DNA of 32,531 nucleotides from a virus (Duplodnaviria; Heunggongvirae; Uroviricota; Caudoviricetes): IMG/VR virus record IMGVR_UViG_2909246061_000005; one strand, 5' to 3'. Shown piece by piece: positions 9,840 to 18,325 of this stretch (position 1 is its first letter; each line of letters starts with the position of its first letter). The notes under the pieces were generated by a model. It saw only the letters and a program-made list of their open reading frames with translations, ran no database searches and was not told where the DNA came from. The position numbers and the translations under genes were made by a program.

Positions 9840-10090
9840 AGCCTCACCTCCGCACGGAACGGATGGCATAGTTATTATGTGTAGGCTTTCAGACACATCA
9901 ATCAGAGCCTTAATTGATATATATGCTGGAGACGATGCAATATAAAAAGCTCGCCGTAGCGAGCTAATAAAATGTATTTCTCTGATATTATGTTTATTTG
10001 TATTAGCTCAGACTTGACATCACAGGTTTCGTATATAGAACATCATCAAATCTGTCAGTTTGCTATGAATGAGATATAGTAATTGAAGAG

Positions 10091-10486
10091 CTAACCTCGC
10101 ATGTCAAAGCCAGATTTCTGAAAATCTCTGTAGACTTCCGGATTGTTGAAGGCCGGAAATTTGGCTTTATGAGCTGCGGACTTTATCGCTTCGCAATAGG
10201 CTTTATCACCGTTACTGGTAGATATTTTTAACGCCGTGCCATCCTGAGAGAATTCCATATGCAACCTGCATTTTTTCCCTTTCCAGTTATGCGGCTCATC
10301 AAGTTTGGCATTAATTGCAGCTCTGATTCCCCGCGCTTGCGCCCCCCATTCATCCTGATCATCCCAGCGTCCTGAACTGCAACTACCTGTAGCAGTAGTT
10401 TTGTGGCAATCTGAAGGGTGTAAAGGTGTGCATCCCGCAACAAAACCGACCCAAAAAGTCAACATAACGATTTTCTTTAATCCCAC
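10091..10486 (-). CDS. TolA C-terminal (domain III)-like lipoprotein, paralog 1
   Basis: 131 aa; GTG start with strong SD GAGGAG; signal peptide plus lipobox FVAGC; C-terminal KKCRLHMEFSQDGTALKIS ... FPAFNNPEVYRDFQKSGFDM resembles TolA domain III and paralog 2. Confidence 0.7.
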   Translation of the reverse strand: MGLKKIVMLTFWVGFVAGCTPLHPSDCHKTTATGSCSSGRWDDQDEWGAQARGIRAAINAKLDEPHNWKGKKCRLHMEFSQDGTALKISTSNGDKAYCEAIKSAAHKAKFPAFNNPEVYRDFQKSGFDMRG

Positions 10487-10636
10487 TTCTTGCTCCTCAA
10501 TCCATTAAAATCTCAGCAATAGTAGTTGTTACGTCCGCCACTGGCTCAGAGCTGACTATCCGCTAAATTTAGCTCAGTGCCGTAGCTGTGTCAGAACAAA
10601 CCTAAGCCGAAACCGTTTATTACAAAACAATAAATA

Positions 10637-11065
10637 TCAGGGTTTAAAATCCAGCACCCCATTTTGAAATACTTTATATACTTCCGGCGAAGGAGGGGCA
10701 GGTATATCAGCATTCTTTATCGCATTCATCGCTTCACGACATAAATCGAGGTCTCCACTTTCTCTTTTAACCTCCAGTAGAAGGCCATTCGGGGCCATAT
10801 GCATTCTCAGTGTACACTCTTTTCCTGAATACTTACTCGCATCCCCGAACTGTTTTTCGATGGCGCTCTTGATTTGATGGGCATACAGACGGATATCCTC
10901 ACTAACATCAGAAGTACGTTCAGATGAACTCACATACTGTGTCTCTATTGCTTTATCGGAGTAATATGATGTACGGTCATGATAATTTGTCGATACAGCA
11001 TCAGTGCACCCGATAATAATCCCACTAATAATCAACGTAAGAATTGATGCGCTACGAAAACCCAT
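10637..11065 (-). CDS. TolA C-terminal (domain III)-like lipoprotein, paralog 2
   Basis: 142 aa; ATG with SD GAGGAAAA; lipobox IIGC; C-terminus YAHQIKSAIEKQFGDASKYSGKECTLRMHMAPNGLLLEVK...IPAPPSPEVYKVFQNGVLDFKP closely parallels recalled E. coli TolA (YAGQIKSAIESKFYDASSYAGKTCTLRIKLAPDGMLLDIK...IPKPPSQAVYEVFKNAPLDFKP). Confidence 0.8.
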   Translation of the reverse strand: MGFRSASILTLIISGIIIGCTDAVSTNYHDRTSYYSDKAIETQYVSSSERTSDVSEDIRLYAHQIKSAIEKQFGDASKYSGKECTLRMHMAPNGLLLEVKRESGDLDLCREAMNAIKNADIPAPPSPEVYKVFQNGVLDFKP

Positions 11066-11650
11066 TTTTCCTCACATATGTCATATAGTAAAGGATTATA
11101 TATACCGTTGTTTTGGACGCTCAAACAGCGAATCAGATCAAATAAAACGCACATTTGTTAACATTTACACAAAGTCTGCGTGGGATATTCTGAAAGAATA
11201 TCCATAATGTGGAGAGAATCTATTGAAGTGCATGGTGCCGGGTGCCTCCCGGTGAACAAAATGTTCGTGATACCTGTCGGCGACAGAAAAGGTTAATGGT
11301 ATCACCCCACCGCACAGGGGGATTCACCATGCAGGAGTTTTCTTAGCAAACTCACTGCGCGCCCGGCAACTCCCAACCACATAAAATGCGGAGTTTGTGG
11401 TATTTATGCATATAACTCGCAGGAATTATCTTAAAAAACTGATGTCGATCCGGATTAAAAAGAAGCAGGTCATCATCAGATGACTGGAAAAAAGGAAAAC
11501 AAAAAATACTCATCATACAGTTTTGATTGCAGGGATGAGCCTGCTATGCACAATATGCAGAATATAAGCAAGATAAAAATATGCAGGCATATTATTTCGG
11601 ATTTTGTTATTAACACAACCTTTTTAATAATCATTTGGCATACAATAAAC

Positions 11651-11682
11651 CAGCCCAAAAAGAACCGCCTAAACAGGCGGTT
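11651..11682 (-). terminator. Intrinsic terminator-like hairpin in the Q-downstream region (candidate tR')
   Basis: Minus strand: AACCGCCT-GTTT-AGGCGGTT followed by CTTTTTGGG. Confidence 0.45.
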
Positions 11683-12002
11683 GGTCAATACAAAGGATGC
11701 TTCGTCTTTATTATAGTAATCTGAGGCGTCGGGTGTCTTGTATCAGACAACATATTGTCCCGCTAAACAGCGAATTACAAACCACCCTGCAATGATCTCT
11801 CATCTCATTTTATATGAGTTGACGACATCAGGATAACGCATCATCAGCCCCTGCCAAGAAATATCAAAACTCCCGCCAGCAATGTGTTATCACAATATTG
11901 TAAAAAAAACACAGCACCGAAACTATAACTGGTCTCTGTTATAATTTGGAGCAGAAAGACCAGTTGCCCAACTAGCAGCATTCTCCCCTGCTTTCCTGAC
12001 GT

Positions 12003-12030
12003 AAAAAAACCGCATTAAGCGGTTTTTTTA
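12003..12030. terminator. Bidirectional intrinsic terminator-like palindrome
   Basis: AAAAAAACCGC-ATTAA-GCGGTTTTTTT, symmetric with A/T runs on both sides; about 75 nt downstream of the Q-like stop. Confidence 0.5.
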
Positions 12031-12109
12031 CGATGTCCATGTCTGCAATCCGCCTCGCGATACAGCTTTGCGAAGCATAGCAAAATTGAAGCAGTTTATA
12101 CGTAAGAAA

Positions 12110-12652
12110 TCAAGCCATTTTCTCAGCAAATGATTCACGCATGGGAATATATAGGGCATACTCAGCAACAGCTAACCAATTAGCAATCCGTTTTTCGCAT
12201 GTGCTAAAACACCACTCTGGGTGTGCATCATTTAGCAATTCAGCCATTTTGCGCTTAGTCATCCCCCGCCCTTCATAGCGTTGCCGGAGAATGCAAATCA
12301 ATCCTGGATGCTCTGCCAGCACCTCACTTATGACTCGATCAATACATAACGCCTCTGCATCAGTACAATGCGCCAGCCAGCTCTTTTGCTTGCCGTTGAT
12401 CATCTCTCGCAAAAACGCTTCCAGCTCAGCTTTCTCTATTCCCGCTTTTTTCATTCTGCGCAGGGCTTCATTAATGGCTGTTTTCGTCAGTTTTTTGGAT
12501 GCCAACAACTGATTGAACATATTCCCTGACCTGCCACCGCCAATATACGACCAGCGCCCCCACATACGTAGTTTTCCCTGAATCCAGACACTTTCCAGCG
12601 TGGTGAGGCGAAGGTGTTCTCCGCTTTTTCCTGTATTCGTTGGGTAAATCAT
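12110..12652 (-). CDS. Putative late-gene antiterminator (Q-like)
   Basis: 180 aa; last gene of the nin-like module before the lysis cassette; start overlaps the upstream gene (ATGA). Family assignment is positional plus recalled resemblance; not verified. Confidence 0.5.
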   Translation of the reverse strand: MIYPTNTGKSGEHLRLTTLESVWIQGKLRMWGRWSYIGGGRSGNMFNQLLASKKLTKTAINEALRRMKKAGIEKAELEAFLREMINGKQKSWLAHCTDAEALCIDRVISEVLAEHPGLICILRQRYEGRGMTKRKMAELLNDAHPEWCFSTCEKRIANWLAVAEYALYIPMRESFAEKMA

Positions 12653-12939
12653 AAATGACCTTTCTTTCTCCAGATTTCTTGTGTGCGAAAAACCCCTTCA
12701 GCATGCATCAGGCGCAATTCTTCTTTGGTGTAATCGCTGGTTTTTACCCGCCCGTCGATTAGATCGTGGCATGAGCTACAGGCTATCGCCGCCTGCATAT
12801 CGTGTGGTTTTGTCGCTGTTCCGCACGTCCCCGCCAGCCTGTAATGCGCCAGCACAGAGGTTTCGGGATTGTGATTGCAGTAGCCAGGGATTCTGATCTG
12901 GCACATCTGGCCTTTAGCCGCTTTACGTAAATTCACCAT
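12649..12939 (-). CDS. YbcO-like DUF1364 Cys-rich nin-region protein (putative nuclease)
   Basis: 96 aa; motifs CQIRIPGYCN..ETSVLAHYRL..CGTATKP..IACSSCHD resemble recalled DLP12 YbcO; translationally coupled to both neighbours. Confidence 0.7.
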   Translation of the reverse strand: MVNLRKAAKGQMCQIRIPGYCNHNPETSVLAHYRLAGTCGTATKPHDMQAAIACSSCHDLIDGRVKTSDYTKEELRLMHAEGVFRTQEIWRKKGHL

Positions 12940-13538
12940 TACGCAAACTCCAGTAGTTGTGCGGCCACATTTTCAACTTCCTCCTGAGAGGAGAATTTAC
13001 GAAACAGAATCCAGTTCCACAGCACATTCAGTACAGATTTATAAACCTGCTGAAACTCGACTTCGTCCATATTCGCAAAAGCGATGGATTTTGCCCGACG
13101 CCCACGGCTACCGTCCGGATAAATATGCTCGGTGTAAAATCCGGCCTGAATGGTTACCCACTCGCGGAAAGCCTCAAACGACTTTAGCAACGCCGTATCC
13201 CGGGTTCTACGAGTCGCAACGGTGTTAAGGTATTGCTCTGCGGCATCACTCAGGGCTGGCGTGTGTTCCCGACCAACTGATTCGCACAGGTAATCAACGA
13301 AACCAGACAGCAGTTCTCGTTCGCGAGGCGTGATCGCCCCACCGACCGGAGTCCAGTAATCGAATCCCAGTTGCAGGAGTTTGAAAAAACGCTTGTGGAA
13401 TGCGTAGTTACGCACACGCTTAAAGTCTGCGTGTATCCACTCACCTATTTTGATTTGATGCAGAAAATCGCAACTCTCCGGCGTCGCCGGGAGAAGTAAA
13501 CCAGAAGAAGTTTGTTTGACCAGTTGTATATGCGCCAT
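12939..13538 (-). CDS. nin-region phage protein (DUF1367-like, unverified)
   Basis: 199-aa ORF with ATG start, co-directional and overlapping the downstream gene by 1 nt; typical lambdoid nin-region position. Confidence 0.55.
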   Translation of the reverse strand: MAHIQLVKQTSSGLLLPATPESCDFLHQIKIGEWIHADFKRVRNYAFHKRFFKLLQLGFDYWTPVGGAITPRERELLSGFVDYLCESVGREHTPALSDAAEQYLNTVATRRTRDTALLKSFEAFREWVTIQAGFYTEHIYPDGSRGRRAKSIAFANMDEVEFQQVYKSVLNVLWNWILFRKFSSQEEVENVAAQLLEFA

Positions 13539-13818
13539 TTCTCAATCTCTCGATGGCGCAGCGCAGCAGATGCCAGTTGTTCAGGCTGACGAATAAAGTA
13601 TAAATAAACTGGCTATGGTGTAAAGCCCCACATAGCATGAACAAACACTACATATCAAATAGCTGGTACAAGGATAGAAATACGACATTTATTATTAAAA
13701 ACGATTAGATAAATTACATTTTAATGTTATGCAAAAGTTCTTTTTTATCATAACATTTCAATAAAAGCATTACAGATGCAATCATCCCGTCATCATCAAT
13801 TATTTAAGGTGGTTAAAC

Positions 13819-13905
13819 ATGGAAAATAACAAGTTCGCACATCTCGCTCCTTTTTTATCCGTAATCCTTTTCGCTTGTTGTTTTATATGGGCATTATTTT
13901 TATAA
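13819..13905 (+). CDS. Candidate small hydrophobic peptide (28 aa, MENNKFAHLAPFLSVILFACCFIWALFL)
   Basis: ATG at 13819 preceded by SD AAGGTGG at 6-nt spacing; one predicted TM-like segment; lies in an about 800-bp AT-rich gap with no other ORFs; not in the ORF track (under 60 aa). Confidence 0.3.
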   Translation: MENNKFAHLAPFLSVILFACCFIWALFL

Positions 13906-14351
13906 AGTAGCCACATGATAAGTTGCTGGAATCATATTTCCCACTCAAGTCATTAACATTTGATAAGATATATCTAAAAGGACGCCTTTACATTATTTAT
14001 GTGTATATAATTTATTTATATACACAGTAAAGGTATCCTGGGAAAATATTTATCGTTAAAAAATACATCATAAATAATTAAGCTGAAATTTCAGAACACA
14101 ACCAATACACACAATAAGGTTCAGTAACAATAATCTATGTGGACTACATCGAGATTTTTTGATTAAACTTTAATAACTTATTCCTAACACACAGAATGCA
14201 TAAACTAAAAGTAAAACAAATAGTTATACGAAAAACAACCATATTTATTATATCTTCTCCTCTAATCAACATATCAATTATGTGTTTCATAACAGCTTGA
14301 CATAACCCTCAAAAACACGCATTTATAATGCATGTTTTTGAGGAGGTGGTT

Positions 14352-14690
14352 ATGACACACAAGAGAATTCCTAAAGATTGGGTAATCAAACGCTCAACTC
14401 CGTTCTTCACAAAAGAGAACGTACCTTCAGCGTTATTAACACATCATAATACAGCAGCAGGTGTTTTTGGGCAGTTGTGCGTAATGGAAGGCACTGTAAC
14501 ATATTATGGTTTTACTGATGAGAATGCTACTGAACCGGAGATAAAAGTAGTCATTAATGCTGGCGCTTTTGCAACAAGCCCACCACAATACTGGCACCGT
14601 GTTGAACTAAGCGATGATGCTCAGTTTAATATTAACTTTTGGGTCGCTCCAGACTTCTCGGGCGAAAAAGTCTATAGCACCAAAAAATAG
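14352..14690 (+). CDS. YeaR-like DUF1971 protein (TehB C-terminal-like)
   Basis: 112 aa from the ATG at 14352 with strong SD GAGGAGGTGG; motifs RSTPFF, VMEGTVTYYGF.DENATEPE, FNINFWVAPD parallel recalled E. coli YeaR. Confidence 0.75.
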   Translation: MTHKRIPKDWVIKRSTPFFTKENVPSALLTHHNTAAGVFGQLCVMEGTVTYYGFTDENATEPEIKVVINAGAFATSPPQYWHRVELSDDAQFNINFWVAPDFSGEKVYSTKK

Positions 14691-14719
14691 ATGATCATAT
14701 TAAAAATGCTTTAACAGTC

Positions 14720-14757
14720 AGACCCGGCAGGGCTATCCCCGACGGGTCTCATTTTTG
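14720..14757 (+). terminator. Intrinsic terminator after the YeaR-like gene
   Basis: AGACCCG-(16-nt loop)-CGGGTCT followed by CATTTTTG. Confidence 0.6.
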
Positions 14758-15173
14758 TAAATATATTGGTTCTACATTGACAGGAGACTTCAACCATAAG
14801 AAGTAATCTGAATACTTGAGCAATAAATTTACTTAAGATTAATGAGCGCACCTTGCCGGACAAAGATAAACCAAGGTAACACCTTTTTTCTAGCCAGTAT
14901 GTAATCAATCAGAAAGCCGCTCCATAAGAACAACAGCAAGACAATAAATTGCCATTACAGCCGCAATAGCCAGCGCACATTTGAGAACCAGCACGACAAC
15001 CTCCTGTATTGGACGTACACCAGTTCTGATAAATATGAGGCTGTCTCATCATTGATTCAATATAACTATTGGGTATAGTTTCTGTGATTTTGTTCTGTAG
15101 AAATGGAACACAACAACCAGTCACCACCAGCACTTCTTTAAATACGCCAAGTCCGACGCAAGCTAACCTTCTA

Positions 15174-15197
15174 GTCCGCTTTGAGCGAGGAGCGGAC
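15174..15197. repeat. Conserved hairpin copy 1 (GTCCGCT-10 nt-AGCGGAC)
   Basis: Perfect 7-bp stem; the same stem recurs at 18240-18263 and 21913-21936. Confidence 0.6.
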
Positions 15198-15413
15198 CAA
15201 ACCCGGCCAACTGACTCTTAAAGGGGCCGCAGGAATTTTTCGTCTGAACTTTCGAAGCTCCTCTCCCTGAAGACAGAAAACTTCTGTGTGCTGTGGGAAT
15301 ATTGAATCTTTGCCTTAGATATAAATAATTTTATCCCGCCTGAAGTTTACATTATTTTATTTATCTGTTTTTCTAAATCAGACTGCACTCCTTACTTAAA
15401 TCAGGAGCCAGTC

Positions 15414-16613
15414 ATGCCATTTGTTATTTATGTGTTTACTATCAGTGCCTTTGCGCTCGGACTCGCGGAATTTGTCCCCATTGGGCTGACAGACGTTATG
15501 GCTCAGGGGTTGTGTGTGGGTGTGGAGCAGACCGGGGCAGCGGTTACAACCTATGCACTGGGGGCAACGTTCGCGGCACCCGTACTGTCTGCGCTGACAG
15601 CAAGCTGGAGCCGGAAAAATGTAATGCTTACAACTGCCGTTGTGTTTACTGCCGGTAGTCTGGCGGCCGCGTTTGCAGCCACATTACCTCAGCTCCTGTT
15701 AGCGCGGTTCATTGCTGGTCTGGGACACGGCCTGTTTCTGGCTGCGGCATCCAGTACCGCAGCTCGTCTTGCTGGACCGGGTAAAGCAGGCAGAGCGGTG
15801 GCTGTGGTATTTGGTGGCTTTACTCTGGCGATGGCAATCGGCGTACCGCTGAGTACATGGTTGGGGGGGGTGGTCTCATGGCGTCCAGTTCTCGGCGCTA
15901 TTGCCGCTTTTGGCGCGTTCGGATTCCTTGGACTGTTGTTCGGTATGAAAGATCCCGTACGCAGCGTGCCCGGTGAACATAGTGACTCAGCAATGCAGAA
16001 TATCGGCATGCTGTTTAACCGTAAGTTGCTGGCCGGCGCGCTGGTTACGGTGCTGGCGTATGCAGGCTCGTTTACGGATTACACCTTTATCGCACCTATT
16101 CTGACGCAGGTGACAGGGGTTACCGGAGCAACGGTGAGTCTGTTTATGCTGGTTTACGGTATTACAGCTGCGGTAGGTAATATTCTTGGTGGGAAACTTA
16201 CCGACAGCATGGGGGTTAATCGTGCCAATATACTCATCATTAGCGGCATTGTTGTTGTCGTGCTTGGTATGTGGCTGCTGTCATCCTCACCGGTGAGCAT
16301 GGGCATTCTGGTTGCGCTGCTGGGTATGGTGACATTTGCCGCAGTGCCGGCACTGCAGGCCCGTCTGATTGGTGTCGCTGAGCAACATGCTCCTCATGCG
16401 CATGGTGTTGCTGCCGGCCTGAATATTGCGGGCTTCAACTCAGGTATAGCGCTGGGATCAGTACTGGGCAGCATTACTATAAGCCACGCCGGTATCGTGT
16501 ATACCGGTATCAGCGGTGCGATTGTTTCTCTGCTCGGCCTGCTGTTGCTGCTTGCACAAATCCGTCGCAGCCACAGTCGTAAATTTCAACAGGTTAAAAT
16601 CGTAGGCCAGTAA
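15414..16613 (+). CDS. MFS transporter (12-TM, DHA1-like)
   Basis: 399 aa, highly hydrophobic with Gly/Ala-rich TM helices typical of MFS; ATG with AGGAG upstream. Confidence 0.85.
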   Translation: MPFVIYVFTISAFALGLAEFVPIGLTDVMAQGLCVGVEQTGAAVTTYALGATFAAPVLSALTASWSRKNVMLTTAVVFTAGSLAAAFAATLPQLLLARFIAGLGHGLFLAAASSTAARLAGPGKAGRAVAVVFGGFTLAMAIGVPLSTWLGGVVSWRPVLGAIAAFGAFGFLGLLFGMKDPVRSVPGEHSDSAMQNIGMLFNRKLLAGALVTVLAYAGSFTDYTFIAPILTQVTGVTGATVSLFMLVYGITAAVGNILGGKLTDSMGVNRANILIISGIVVVVLGMWLLSSSPVSMGILVALLGMVTFAAVPALQARLIGVAEQHAPHAHGVAAGLNIAGFNSGIALGSVLGSITISHAGIVYTGISGAIVSLLGLLLLLAQIRRSHSRKFQQVKIVGQ

Positions 16614-16624
16614 AGGGAGGTTAT

Positions 16625-17317
16625 ATGCTTACCCGTGAAAATATGCTTAATGGCACATTTGTCAGGGTGCATGAAGCGCTGCTCCCGGCGAATATGCTCT
16701 GGGACGCTGAAAAAATACGCGCATCAATGAACTCTACTCTGGAGGAGCGCCCGACGGGTGCTCCTGTCTGGATATTTGCCTACGGGTCATTGATGTGGAA
16801 TCCCGTGCTGGCGATTGAAGAAATGCAACGGGCCCGTCTGAAAGGATGGCAGCGCAGTTTCTGCATTCGTTTGATATCCGGACGAGCGACTCCTGATGTC
16901 CCCGGCAGGATGTTATCGCTCGACGAAGGTGGAATTACCGAAGGTATTGCGTTCAGACTGCCGGAATCGACTCTTATTAATGAGCTGGAAATTGTCTGGA
17001 CGCGCGAGATGATAACCGGTCTTTACCGTCCGGTCTGGGCAGACGTTTCGCTAGGAAACGGTGAGGAAATTCAGGCGCTGGCTTTCGTATCAGACAGACT
17101 GCATCCGCATTATGAACAGGACAATCTTACAGCGACCGTAGCGTTGAGCATCGCATCTGCCCGTGGAGACATTGGCACGAATGCAGATTATGTATGGAAA
17201 CTGCAGGCCACTCTGGGTGCGTTGGGAATACGGGATGATTACGTGAGTGAACTGGCCCTTGCTCTGCATGAGGCTCCCTGTAACGATAAACTTCATCAGC
17301 GAGGCGCTTCACTATGA
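16625..17317 (+). CDS. ChaC-like gamma-glutamylcyclotransferase
   Basis: 230 aa; VWIFAYGSLMWNP, GRMLSL.EGG, W.REMITG, GTNADY motifs parallel recalled E. coli ChaC; SD AGGGAGG. Confidence 0.8.
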   Translation: MLTRENMLNGTFVRVHEALLPANMLWDAEKIRASMNSTLEERPTGAPVWIFAYGSLMWNPVLAIEEMQRARLKGWQRSFCIRLISGRATPDVPGRMLSLDEGGITEGIAFRLPESTLINELEIVWTREMITGLYRPVWADVSLGNGEEIQALAFVSDRLHPHYEQDNLTATVALSIASARGDIGTNADYVWKLQATLGALGIRDDYVSELALALHEAPCNDKLHQRGASL

Positions 17318-18195
17318 GCCATCTGAGCCATCTGCGAACGTTTCTTGAGGCCTATCGCTCTGGCTCCTTTTCAAAGGCGGCAGAACTACTGGGCATCACT
17401 CAGCCCGCGGCGTCACAGCATATCCAGTCTCTTGAGACTCTGGTTGGTAAGCGTCTGTTTATCAGGCAGGCCAGAGGCGTGACGGCAACCGAAGCTGCGG
17501 ATGAGCTTGCCCGCTCAGTTTCACCCTTCATTGATGGTCTGGAAGAAAAGCTGTCCTCTTTCCGGTCAGGCTCTGTACGCGGGGGAACAATTAATCTGGC
17601 AGGACCGCCAGATTTTATTCATTCCCGGCTTGGGACAGTAATGGCTCCACTAATGAAGGAGGGGTATCGCCTACGCTTTCATACCGGCAATAAGCAACGT
17701 ATTTATTCCCTTTTGCATGACGGGAGCGCCGATCTCGCTGTTACCGCATCTATGCCTGATGACCGTCTGTACGGCTATGCACATCTACTGACTGAACGCA
17801 TGCTCCTTGTTCATGCTCCCGCCATGTCAGAGATCATCGGATCAGAACCTGGTGCTGAAACGCTTGCCTCATTACCGCTGATTGCTTATGACGAAGAGTT
17901 GCCACTGATTAGAGCGCTCTGGGCCTCCATGTTTCAGAGAGCCCCTGAGATGCAGGCTACATTCACCATTCCGGATTTACGTATTATCCGCGACTTGGTC
18001 TGTGACGGCCACGGGTGGACAGTGCTGCCGGATTATCACTGTGACATTGACCTGAAAAGTGGTCGCCTGATTTCAGTGACACCTGCAGACCTCGCTCCGA
18101 CTAATCATCTTTATCTGGTCTGGAACAAAAGGACGGCTAATAACAGCCGAACCGCCTATGTTCGGGATTACATTCTTAAAACGTTTCCGCGTTGA
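17314..18195 (+). CDS. LysR-family transcriptional regulator
   Basis: 293 aa; N-terminal HTH (LRTFLEAYRSGSFSKAAELLGITQPAASQHIQSLE) plus substrate-binding domain; start overlaps the ChaC-like stop (ATGA). Confidence 0.85.
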   Translation: MSHLSHLRTFLEAYRSGSFSKAAELLGITQPAASQHIQSLETLVGKRLFIRQARGVTATEAADELARSVSPFIDGLEEKLSSFRSGSVRGGTINLAGPPDFIHSRLGTVMAPLMKEGYRLRFHTGNKQRIYSLLHDGSADLAVTASMPDDRLYGYAHLLTERMLLVHAPAMSEIIGSEPGAETLASLPLIAYDEELPLIRALWASMFQRAPEMQATFTIPDLRIIRDLVCDGHGWTVLPDYHCDIDLKSGRLISVTPADLAPTNHLYLVWNKRTANNSRTAYVRDYILKTFPR

Positions 18196-18239
18196 TGTTT
18201 GAAACGGATGATTGGCGATGCGTATCATAAGTTACGTAT

Positions 18240-18263
18240 GTCCGCTTCTGGCACAAAGCAGAC
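18240..18263. repeat. Conserved hairpin copy 2 (GTCCGCT-TCTGGCACAA-AGCAGAC)
   Basis: Shares stem and loop core GGCACAAAGC with copy 3; between the convergent LysR and DUF2254 genes. Confidence 0.6.
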
Positions 18264-18325
18264 GCCCACTCTCACGCGAATGCTTTGCCCTTGACTTGCC
18301 AACAACCGTATCGCTTGCTCCGCAA

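Noticed and set aside
9840-9896. N-terminal extension of the holin ORF (track start at 9896)
   Set aside because: It starts at GTG with no RBS, whereas the ATG at 9839 has a strong GGAGGTGA Shine-Dalgarno and gives the canonical 71-aa pinholin.
11476-11716. Overlapping ORFs 11476..11688 (-) and 11480..11716 (+) in the Q-downstream region
   Set aside because: The minus ORF starts with TTG and neither has a convincing RBS; the region is AT-rich and the minus ORF overlaps a terminator hairpin. Treated as regulatory DNA, not CDS.
10487-12109. Possible tRNA genes in the Q-to-lysis region, as seen in some lambdoid phages
   Set aside because: No T-loop (GGTTCGAATCC-like) or cloverleaf-compatible segment found by eye; would need tRNAscan to exclude formally.
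14711-15133. Cys/Gly-rich minus-strand ORFs (14909..15133 and 14711..14908), superficially bacteriocin-like
   Set aside because: GTG and TTG starts without an RBS; the two ORFs are the same frame split by an in-frame TGA; the lower one runs through the terminator hairpin of the YeaR-like gene. Most likely non-coding.
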